Below, piece after piece: positions 9,123-16,659 of a stretch of 32,000 bases of DNA. The DNA comes from Mucisphaera calidilacus (GTDB lineage Bacteria; Planctomycetota; Phycisphaerae; Phycisphaerales; Phycisphaeraceae). The stretch spans positions 420,001 to 452,000 of the forward strand of contig NZ_CP036280.1 of assembly GCF_007748075.1 (NCBI RefSeq), read 5' to 3'. Under the pieces are notes generated by a model. It was not told the origin of the DNA. It saw only the letters and a program-made list of their open reading frames with translations, and ran no database searches. The position numbers and the translations under genes were made by a program. Numbering within the stretch: the stretch's first letter is position 1; every line of letters begins with the position of its first letter.

Positions 9123-10805
9123 TCAGGCGATCCGCCCTTTCTCGTAGAGCCACCACCCGACCGCAGCCAGAGCCAGCGTGATCGCCACCAACCATGGCCG
9201 TGTACTCAGGCTCCAGCCCCGATCCTCCGGAGTCGTCGCGAAAGCAGAGTCGGACGCACGATCGAGCAGATTCGAGACCGCCGGTGAACCGGGAGCCGTC
9301 AACGCGTTATGACCTCGGGCGACGGGCTGCTCCCGCCACCAGACCGCATCATCGTGCGCACGCTCTGTCGAGAGTGTGACTGGCTCCGGCCCCAGTTCCA
9401 GCAGATCGGAGACCGCACGGCTGAGCATGACCGCGAAACCACCACTGGCGTAAGCGGAGGTCTCCGCCGAGAACCACGCCTCGTGCAGCATCAGGCCTGG
9501 CGACGAATCTCCCGTGCCCGAAACCCACGCGAGCGGCACAGCGTCCAGCATGACCCCGGCCTGCTCAGGCGTCGCTCCATCAGCAGCGGTCAGGCTCGCG
9601 GGCAGCCAGACATCATCGAAGTCGAGGTCTTCGGCCCAGCCCACGCCCAACGCCCTGATCAGACCCGTGGATTCCTGGTCTGACGATGACACGGGCACAA
9701 CCTCGATCCGTGCACGCCTTGCCGCAGGATCATCACCGCCCGTGCTCAGCCGAGTCTGACCGTTGCCGACTGCCCGATCCGTTTCCTCAACGACACACCC
9801 CGCCGCAAGCAGCGCAAGACGCAGCGCGTCGGGCACATCCGGCCCAGGCGAAGCGGTGATCACCGGTCTGTTTGGCAGAGTGAACGCAAGTGTGTTGTCC
9901 GCTTCCACGCCATCGCCGGGCATCTCAACCCTCACTGCAAGACCCTGCCCGACCGCGGGTAGTTCGAGTTCGCGCGTGAAGACAGCACCACCCTCCGACG
10001 CGGCAATGACCTCCTCCAGCAACACCGCGCCATCAGCAACATCGGTCACCGTCAGACGCAGCGAGCCCGGATCCGTCAGCCACGAGCCGACACGCACAGC
10101 AAGCGTCCCCCGCTGGCCAAGAGGTCGATCAGCCTGCCACCGGGCGCTGATAATCGCTGCGTTGCTGCGTCGCTCGCCGTAGGGACGCACCGTCACGACT
10201 CCCGACAACGCCAGGCTCGATGCGGCATCACGCCAGCGATCCCCGGCGGGTGTCACCACGACGATCTGTGCATCCATGCCGAGCATCCGCCGGACACGTT
10301 CGGCCAGACGCAGCGAGGGACCCGCCGGCGACACAGAGTCGGCGGGAAGTGAACGCAGGCGACGCAGCGCACGCCCGTCCACCTCGCCGGGTCCTCGGAT
10401 CAGCCGAGGCGTCGGTGCCGCCGCGATCATCGCCAACGCGCTGTTATGGGTCGGCATGGACGCCAGGACAGCCTCTTCAAGACCTCCCGCCGCGTCAGCG
10501 GGAACACCGTTGTCAATGACGATCACCACCGGCCGGGTCTCAGAACCGGACCAGATCGGGCCGGCCAACGCCAGCCCGCTGAGCAGCAGTGCGGCCAGCA
10601 GCAGCGCAAGACTCAGCCACTGCGCCGGGCGACCCATCAGAGACCGGCCGTCGACCGCGGCCGACGCCTCAGCCCAGAAGAGTGTGGTCGCCACACGAAG
10701 ACGACGAGGACGCGGCCGCAGCAGGTGCAACACCATCAGCAGGCTTGCCGCTGCCGCCACGAAGCTCAGCACCACGCCCCACGGCACGCCGGTCCACAGC
10801 CACAT
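9123..10805 (-). CDS. BatA_N (N-terminal double-transmembrane domain) protein with a C-terminal TM anchor and a VWA-like core lacking MIDAS
   Basis: N-terminus VVLSFVAAAASLLMVLHLLRPRPRRLRVATTLFW...WLSLALLLAALLLSGLALAGPIW matches the aerotolerance-regulator N-terminal / TIGR02226-type pattern. RPVVIVIDNGV sits where a VWA DxSxS would be. The C-terminal TM is WLVAITLALAAVGWWLY. Its ATG overlaps the DUF58 stop by 1 nt (TGATG at 10803-10807). Confidence 0.8.
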   Translation of the reverse strand: MWLWTGVPWGVVLSFVAAAASLLMVLHLLRPRPRRLRVATTLFWAEASAAVDGRSLMGRPAQWLSLALLLAALLLSGLALAGPIWSGSETRPVVIVIDNGVPADAAGGLEEAVLASMPTHNSALAMIAAAPTPRLIRGPGEVDGRALRRLRSLPADSVSPAGPSLRLAERVRRMLGMDAQIVVVTPAGDRWRDAASSLALSGVVTVRPYGERRSNAAIISARWQADRPLGQRGTLAVRVGSWLTDPGSLRLTVTDVADGAVLLEEVIAASEGGAVFTRELELPAVGQGLAVRVEMPGDGVEADNTLAFTLPNRPVITASPGPDVPDALRLALLAAGCVVEETDRAVGNGQTRLSTGGDDPAARRARIEVVPVSSSDQESTGLIRALGVGWAEDLDFDDVWLPASLTAADGATPEQAGVMLDAVPLAWVSGTGDSSPGLMLHEAWFSAETSAYASGGFAVMLSRAVSDLLELGPEPVTLSTERAHDDAVWWREQPVARGHNALTAPGSPAVSNLLDRASDSAFATTPEDRGWSLSTRPWLVAITLALAAVGWWLYEKGRIA

Positions 10806-11722
10806 CAGCGCACTCCCGCAGCAACAGCGCCGAATTGGAGTCTGCCCGGGCCAGCCAGACGCCCCAGCTGCGTCAGCACCGATCGGTCCGCGTCCAGCGT
10901 GATACGCCTGCCCATGACCGCGCGAGCCGCCGCCTGCATCGAGCGATCGAATCGGCCGTAGGCATCGCGGTAGGCACGCATCATCACCGCCGAGGCATGA
11001 ACGTACAGACGCTCCGCGGTCTCGCAGTCCTCGACCTCGACCGATCCCTCAACACCCGGGTCACGATCCGAAGCCCGTGTCAGCTGGATCAACGCGGGCA
11101 GGTGCCCCGTCTCCTTGATCGCCGGCACCCAGTCGTCAACCCCCGCGGGATCAAAGAAATCCGAGATCACCACCATCAGCAAACGCGGGTGCCCCGCCCG
11201 CCGAACCGCATCGAACACCGGTGAAAGCCGCGTCTGGGCACCCTGCTTCGCTCGCCAGCCCGAGACGCTGTGGGCGAGATCCGAGAGACGCGCACGCGAG
11301 TTCGCGGCCACCGGTGCGCCAAGCAGTCTGCCATCGGCGAAGGGCTGGACATGCACTCGGTTGAGTTCTTCAAGCCCCGCTGCCGCGATGGCCACAGCGG
11401 CCTGCTGACCCGCGAGCAGGCGCGGAGAAGCCTCGAAACCCATCGAAGCGCTGCAGTCCAGCAGGATCAGAACCCCCAGCTGGTGCGACTCGTCGTACAG
11501 GCGGATGAACAGGCGACCGCTGCGCTGATACAGCGGCCAGTCGATCCGCCGCGGGTCGTCGCCCGTCACGTACGGCCGGTGATCGCGGTAGTCCAGGCCC
11601 AGCCCCTCCATCGGCGCCGGCGCCTCCGCCTTGCGCGGCAGAGGCCGCAGACCCAGCGCACCCAGGCGCAGCCTCCGACAGGCGCTGAGGAAACGCTCAT
11701 CGATCACGCCGGAATCAGGCAT
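10805..11722 (-). CDS. DUF58 domain protein (VWA-like partner of MoxR ATPases)
   Basis: GLDYRDHRPYVTGDDPRRIDWPLYQRSGRLFIRLYDESHQLGVLILLDCSASMGF is the DUF58 signature. I prefer the ATG at 11722 (MPDSGVIDERFL...), which overlaps the MoxR stop as ATGCCTGA (8 nt). The ORF-track start at 11800 would overlap MoxR by 86 nt. Confidence 0.88.
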   Translation of the reverse strand: MPDSGVIDERFLSACRRLRLGALGLRPLPRKAEAPAPMEGLGLDYRDHRPYVTGDDPRRIDWPLYQRSGRLFIRLYDESHQLGVLILLDCSASMGFEASPRLLAGQQAAVAIAAAGLEELNRVHVQPFADGRLLGAPVAANSRARLSDLAHSVSGWRAKQGAQTRLSPVFDAVRRAGHPRLLMVVISDFFDPAGVDDWVPAIKETGHLPALIQLTRASDRDPGVEGSVEVEDCETAERLYVHASAVMMRAYRDAYGRFDRSMQAAARAVMGRRITLDADRSVLTQLGRLAGPGRLQFGAVAAGVR

Positions 11723-12776
11723 CGAACGTGCTCTCGGAAACCGTCTCCAAAATCTCCCCGACCAGACCGTCGACGTCGTGGCCGTCGGCGAGAGCCTCAA
11801 AACGCAGGACCATCCGGTGCCTGAGCACCGGCAACGCGATCCGGCGCAGGTCGTGCACGCTCAACGTGAATCGGTTCTCCAGCAACGCCTGCACCTTGCC
11901 CATCAGCAACAACGCCTGCCCCGCTCGGGGGCTGGCCCCCATGCTGACGTAACGGTTGACGCGATCCGTCGCATAACGCGAGCCGGGCTGGGTCGCCATC
12001 ACCAGCCGCGTCGCGTAACTCAGGATCTGATCGCTGGCCGCAACCTGCCGCACCGTCCGCCGCATCTCCAGCAACCGCTCTCCCGAGCAGACGTGCCGGA
12101 TCTCGGGCATCGCCTCGCCGGTGGTCCGCTGCAGGATCGTCGCGTACTCGCCCTCCTGCGGGTAGTCGACCAGCAGCTTGACCATGAAACGATCGAGCTG
12201 GGCCTCGGGCAACGGGTACGTGCCCTCCTGCTCGATGGGGTTTTGTGTCGCCAGAACCATGAAGGGGTTGGGCAGGTCGATCGTGTCCTTGCCCAGCGAG
12301 ACCTGACGCTCCTGCATCGCCTGCAGCAGGGCCGACTGCGTCTTGGGCGTCGCACGGTTGATCTCGTCCGCCAGCAACAGGTGGGTCACGATCGGCCCCG
12401 GCTCCAGCTGGAGCTCGAGACCACCGCCCGGCTTCTCGATGATCGCGTGCGTGCCCGTGAGATCCGTAGGCATCAGGTCGGGCGTGAACTGAACCCGCGC
12501 AAAATCAAGGTCCACCACCTCACTCAGCGTCCGCACCAGCAGCGTCTTGCCCAGGCCCGGCACACCCTCGATCAGGATGTGGCCATCGGCCATCAGCGTC
12601 GAGAGCACCAGGCGCACAAGGTCCGCATGCCCGACAAACACCTTGCCGATCTCCGCTTCGATCGCCGTAAACGACGCGATGAACTGATCGACCTGCTCGG
12701 TGGCAAGCCGGGTGGCCTCGTCGGTGGTTGGTGAGAGATCCGATGAAGAAGGGCTACTGCTCATGGTCACAATCAT
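11715..12776 (-). CDS. MoxR-family AAA+ ATPase
   Basis: Walker A is GHILIEGVPGLGKTLL (~12543-12566). Walker B and sensor read HLLLADEINRATPKTQSALLQAMQERQVS. The downstream LPEAQLDRFMVKL and ASPRAGQALL motifs are typical of the MoxR/RavA-like family. The gene is followed by DUF58 in the canonical order. Confidence 0.95.
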   Translation of the reverse strand: MIVTMSSSPSSSDLSPTTDEATRLATEQVDQFIASFTAIEAEIGKVFVGHADLVRLVLSTLMADGHILIEGVPGLGKTLLVRTLSEVVDLDFARVQFTPDLMPTDLTGTHAIIEKPGGGLELQLEPGPIVTHLLLADEINRATPKTQSALLQAMQERQVSLGKDTIDLPNPFMVLATQNPIEQEGTYPLPEAQLDRFMVKLLVDYPQEGEYATILQRTTGEAMPEIRHVCSGERLLEMRRTVRQVAASDQILSYATRLVMATQPGSRYATDRVNRYVSMGASPRAGQALLLMGKVQALLENRFTLSVHDLRRIALPVLRHRMVLRFEALADGHDVDGLVGEILETVSESTFDA

Positions 12777-12787
12777 ATCTCAGGGGA

Positions 12788-14221
12788 TTACAGGCCGGAC
12801 GACGCACGCAGGGCCTCCAGGTATTCAAGCATGAAACGTGTCTCTCGCTCGAGTGGCGGCTTTCCGGGCGAGTCCTCCGGGCCCTCGGTAACCGCCATCG
12901 AAGCCGGATCGACACGCGACGGATCCAGCGGAGCCGCTTTCGCCTGCCGGTAAGTCCGCTTCACCGGGCCGGGTCGGGCTTGCCCCTCAACCAGCTCAGG
13001 CGTCGGCACGCCCAGCAGCATGGCAGATGTTCCTCGCGATTTTTTAACGGGCGTCGGGCCGCCACGCCCTGCGCCAGGCGGACCCTTGGGGCCGCTGATA
13101 CCCAGTTGCCGCGAGGGCGCAACATTCCGGTCCCTTGCCGACGGCTGCGTCCCCCCACGCTGCTGCTGATCCTGATCCGGGTCCTGATCCTCCTCGCCCG
13201 AATCGGCATCATCCAGCGCGGACACGTCGCCTGGCGTCGTCCGGATGCCATTCTTCCACGCGTGTGTCACACCAAACGACGACCCCTTGCTCTGACCACC
13301 CCCGGACGCCGCCGCACCCGCCGAGGCCGATCCCGCCGCCGGCCTGCGTTCCCGAGACGAGGCGGAGGACGAACGCTCCTGCTGCCGGTCAGCAGCACGC
13401 CGCGACCCCGGCGCGCTCGGGTCCGGGCTGCCCGTCGATGACGATGGACGAGCCGATGAATGAGCACCGGACCCGCCGGTCCGACCCACACCCGATGACG
13501 AGGCCTCCGCACGCTCATCGGCAGACATCACCGAAGACGACCCACGATCTCGCCGAGTCCCCGATGCCACACTCGGTTCCGCGGCCTGCCGCGCGGAACG
13601 AACCGGATCCAACCCCGCCCGTGGCAACGCCGATTCACCGGCCACCACCACAGCTCCGGACGTGTCGACAGCCGCAGAGGAGGAAACACCCTCCGGGACC
13701 CTTGAAGGCAAGGCCAGCAGCACCAGCGTCAACGCTAGCGCACCCAGCCCGAATCGCCAGGGGACCTTCAGCGGTTTCGGCCTGAGCCGAAAATCAGACA
13801 GACACACGAGTGTCTCCAGACCCCTCGCGACCGTCGCACGCTCGAAAAGCTGAAACGAACCTTCTCGCTCGAACTGCAGCGCACTGGCAAGGAGGTTGTG
13901 TGTCTCGGCCTGCGCGTCGACGCGCTCCGCGACCTCCGCAGCACACGGCCGACGCCTTGAAGCCAGCAGGCACCAGGCGATCCAGAACGTGACGACGATC
14001 ACAATCAGCAGCACACCAACCAGCGGGTCGGACGGTACCGCCGCGAGCGGCAGCGCCAGCAGCGGGACCACACTCGTCCGAACGATTCGGGCGACAGACC
14101 GTTGACGCTGATAGACCTCGCGCCACGGCTCCAGTGACGACTCGATCTCGCCGGGCAGTCGTCGATCGTGCGGAGCACTCAGGGACGGGTTGTCAGTTCG
14201 TTCAACGTCCATCGTTTCCAT
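12788..14221 (-). CDS. Membrane protein of unknown function with a long Ser/Gly/Ala/Arg/Asp-rich low-complexity C-terminal region
   Basis: TM helices are VVPLLALPLAAV...VGVLLIVIVVTFWIAWCLLA and FGLGALALTLVLLALP. About 270 aa of low complexity follow (…SSSGVGRTGGSGAHSSARPSSSTGSPDPS…GEEDQDPDQDQQQRGG…). It shares strand and spacing with the operon: its stop lies 11 nt before the MoxR ATG. The ATG at 14221 overlaps the upstream gene by 43 nt, so the exact start is uncertain. Confidence 0.65.
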   Translation of the reverse strand: METMDVERTDNPSLSAPHDRRLPGEIESSLEPWREVYQRQRSVARIVRTSVVPLLALPLAAVPSDPLVGVLLIVIVVTFWIAWCLLASRRRPCAAEVAERVDAQAETHNLLASALQFEREGSFQLFERATVARGLETLVCLSDFRLRPKPLKVPWRFGLGALALTLVLLALPSRVPEGVSSSAAVDTSGAVVVAGESALPRAGLDPVRSARQAAEPSVASGTRRDRGSSSVMSADERAEASSSGVGRTGGSGAHSSARPSSSTGSPDPSAPGSRRAADRQQERSSSASSRERRPAAGSASAGAAASGGGQSKGSSFGVTHAWKNGIRTTPGDVSALDDADSGEEDQDPDQDQQQRGGTQPSARDRNVAPSRQLGISGPKGPPGAGRGGPTPVKKSRGTSAMLLGVPTPELVEGQARPGPVKRTYRQAKAAPLDPSRVDPASMAVTEGPEDSPGKPPLERETRFMLEYLEALRASSGL

Positions 14222-16446
14222 CCCAGGCAGGACCCGTCAGCGTCCTCCCACACGGCAACCAACGCAGACACCCTCGAATCAATCGGATAAGGCATGTCCC
14301 CGGCAGACACGCCGTCCGACCTGTTCTCACGCCCGGTCGGAACGTTCCATCGCAGCACCGTTTCAGTCGACAAGGCCGAACCCGATTCTAGCGAGTCAGC
14401 CAGCGCGTACGTCTGCTCCGCACGCACCGGCCAGTCATGAAACGCCATCGATGACGCGCCCGGCACAAAAACCACCTGCTCCACGAGCAATAGCCTCAGC
14501 CTACCCCTGTCCGGTCGCGCTGACCGATCCAGTTCGACCTCAAAATCAAGCGCCTCCGGCCTGCTCGCGGCCTTGACCGCCAGCCAACTCAGGTCGTCCT
14601 GCTCCTGAGGCGCCTCGGCCCGCACCACTTCCGCAACGAGCTGTTCCAGCCACGCCTCACCACCGCGGTCTGCCGAGATCGCCACGGGTCGGCCATTGAT
14701 GAATACCTGGGGTCCCTCGGCATCACCCGGACGATCCGCACGACCAACCGACGCCGGACTAATCAGTGGCGGCTCGAAGTGATAAGCCACCAGTCCGAAC
14801 TGCGAGAACATCTGGCTCAGCGCCGACCAGCCCGCGAGCACCGGCTCTGACTCCGCCGCAGCCGCATCGATGAACAACTCAATCAGAGGCCGTGCCGACA
14901 CGGACAGCCGCTGCGCCGACGCCGGTCGCCTCCCGATGGTCTCGACCTGACCCTCGAGCAGCATCCGCATCTGGTGCGCGGTCAGACGCTCGTGCAACGC
15001 CGGGTCACCCTTCAGCCGCCGGAGCCCGTTGTACGCGCCGATCGGCGCTTCATCGGCCACCGCGCTCTGCGCGTAGCGCGACCACGCACGGACCGGCTGA
15101 TCGGTCACCTCGTACAGGCGGCCCAACCACAGGTTGATAAAGGGGTCCTGTGGCAGGCCGAACCGTGCCGCGATGAGCTGACGCCGGGCGCTCTCGTAAT
15201 CCCGACGCAGCAGAGCGATCAGCCCTCGTCGGGCCAGCACGTGGTGTACCGCGACACCGTCCAGATCGTCCCTCGTCCACGCCGCCGCCACCTCCAGCGC
15301 AGCCTCCGCCACGTCGTAAGCTCGTTCGGTCTCTCGGTCGAGTGCGATCGCGTCATCCGCCGCACGCACCAGCGCCATCGCCCGCCCGTTCACGGGCAGC
15401 GACGAGCCGAGCAGCGTGAAGGCACGCCGCGCAGCCGCAACATCCATCGGCCTCGCGTCGAGACGCATCCGGACCAGGGTCCTGCACGCCTGCTTGACCT
15501 CCGACTCGGGCAACCCGTTGCGGATCACCGCCTCGACCGCATCCGCATCGGCCCGCGATCGTGCCGCAAGATAAGCCTGCACAGCACCCGACGTCTCCGC
15601 CCGCGCACGCGGGATCAGAACCAGACGCTGGTTCGGCACGTCGATCACCAGGTCCATCTTCAGCAGCAGATCGGTGCCGAGATTGATGTCCGGCTTCGGG
15701 TCAGGCAGCACCGAGAAATCACTCGGCTCCAGCACCACGTAACGCGACAGGTTGATCCCCCCGACACTGACACGCTCCAGCTGACCATCCGGAACCCCCA
15801 GACGCTCCGCCGTGTTCACGTCGATGCGGCTGTTCCGTTCGCCGCTCGCCAACCGGATACGCAGTGACTCATCCCCGGGCCCCCGCGCCGTGATCCAGTA
15901 GCCGTAGCCCCGCGCCTCGAAATCGATCGCCGCGGAGGCCGCTCCCGCCTGCAAAGCACGCTCGAACACCTCAGCGCCCTGCCCGTGGACGATCTCCCCG
16001 GACACCAGCGAGAGACTTGTTACGCCACGAAACGCCGGCAGGCCCAGCACCGCCGCCGCGGGTATCTCGTCAAGCTCATGAGCGTTCTCGCTGCTGAAGG
16101 TCTCAATGGGCTCGAGCTCCACGGGAACCGCCGTGGTCGACGGCCACGAGAGATTCTGGCCCGGAAACGAGATCGCGACCTCCCCGGTGCCCGTCATCCC
16201 CAACGCCGCCGCGATCCGAGGATGGATCAACGCCGGCGCCCGCACGCCCACGTCAATCACCGCGTGGCTAGGGATACGCACGTCATCGACCCGCAATTCC
16301 ACCAGCACGCAGCCCATGCCGTCGATGGTCCTGATCACCAGACGCTCGGCCTGGGCCAACGCGGCCGACGGCAACACGCACAACACCAGACACACCACTC
16401 GCCACGCACACCACCGCCCGCTCCGAGATAGACGCTGCTTTGCCAT
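14179..16446 (-). CDS. Secreted protein: tandem retropepsin-like (clan AA) lobes with degenerate catalytic motifs, helical repeat region, and a C-terminal domain of unknown function
   Basis: I prefer the ATG at 16446 (MAKQRLSRSGRWCAWRVVCLVLCVLPSAALAQA/ERL, a signal peptide). Lobe 1 reads HAVIDVGVRAPALIHPRIAAALGM...AAVLGLPAF. Lobe 2 reads LRIRLASGERNSRIDVNTAERLGV...INLGTDLLLKMDLVIDVPNQRLVLI. Both follow the bacterial Asp_protease_2 pattern xxDTGAxxxxI...ILGxDxL, but with DVG and ASG in place of DTG. The middle is Ala/Arg-rich and helical. Confidence 0.75.
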   Translation of the reverse strand: MAKQRLSRSGRWCAWRVVCLVLCVLPSAALAQAERLVIRTIDGMGCVLVELRVDDVRIPSHAVIDVGVRAPALIHPRIAAALGMTGTGEVAISFPGQNLSWPSTTAVPVELEPIETFSSENAHELDEIPAAAVLGLPAFRGVTSLSLVSGEIVHGQGAEVFERALQAGAASAAIDFEARGYGYWITARGPGDESLRIRLASGERNSRIDVNTAERLGVPDGQLERVSVGGINLSRYVVLEPSDFSVLPDPKPDINLGTDLLLKMDLVIDVPNQRLVLIPRARAETSGAVQAYLAARSRADADAVEAVIRNGLPESEVKQACRTLVRMRLDARPMDVAAARRAFTLLGSSLPVNGRAMALVRAADDAIALDRETERAYDVAEAALEVAAAWTRDDLDGVAVHHVLARRGLIALLRRDYESARRQLIAARFGLPQDPFINLWLGRLYEVTDQPVRAWSRYAQSAVADEAPIGAYNGLRRLKGDPALHERLTAHQMRMLLEGQVETIGRRPASAQRLSVSARPLIELFIDAAAAESEPVLAGWSALSQMFSQFGLVAYHFEPPLISPASVGRADRPGDAEGPQVFINGRPVAISADRGGEAWLEQLVAEVVRAEAPQEQDDLSWLAVKAASRPEALDFEVELDRSARPDRGRLRLLLVEQVVFVPGASSMAFHDWPVRAEQTYALADSLESGSALSTETVLRWNVPTGRENRSDGVSAGDMPYPIDSRVSALVAVWEDADGSCLGWKRWTLNELTTRP

Positions 16447-16659
16447 CGACAGCCAGTCTAAACGTGTTCGTCGAACCGTTCTGCCGCACCCAGCCAAACG
16501 CCCGCAGACAACGAAAAACCGGCAGACTTTAACCCCTTGCGCTTTGCCTGCCTTCACTCACGCGAACAGCCCGAACGCACGGCAACGGATGTGTTCAACG
16601 TTTCTTGACTATAGGACCTTCCCCACCGATCTACGGACCTGTATACGGGAGCACGAGAA
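16447..16659. promoter_or_regulatory. Divergent intergenic region between the MoxR/VWA operon and the c-di-GMP cassette
   Basis: It separates two head-to-head operons. A TTGACT -35-like hexamer lies at 16605-16610. The direct repeat GGACCT occurs at 16614-16619 and 16635-16640 (21-bp spacing). GGGAG lies upstream of the ATG at 16660. No experimentally defined promoter consensus was applied. Confidence 0.35.

Noticed and set aside
11631-13441. Plus-strand ORFs 11631-12734 and 12728-13441, opposite MoxR and the 477-aa gene.
   Set aside because: The MoxR frame has unambiguous Walker A/B motifs. The antisense translations are Arg/Gln/Leu/Pro-rich with no recognisable motifs.
890-16446. Considered whether the MoxR-VWA operon is one of the NTPase-vWA 'conflict/defence' systems described by comparative genomics.
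   Set aside because: The MoxR is followed by DUF58 and BatA_N double-TM proteins, the hallmark of the housekeeping Bat-like subfamily. I saw no effector domains typical of defence systems (nucleases, caspase/trypsin-like peptidases with intact sites, TIR and the like) and no mobile-element context. I kept it as a novel envelope-system candidate instead.
16447-16557. Upstream extension of the 792-aa ORF (MKAGKAQGVKVCRFFVVCGRLAGCGRTVRRTRLDWLS...).
   Set aside because: The internal ATG at 16446 gives a textbook signal peptide (MAKQRLSRSGRW-hydrophobic-ALAQA). The extension has no such logic and would eat into the divergent promoter region. This is not proven.
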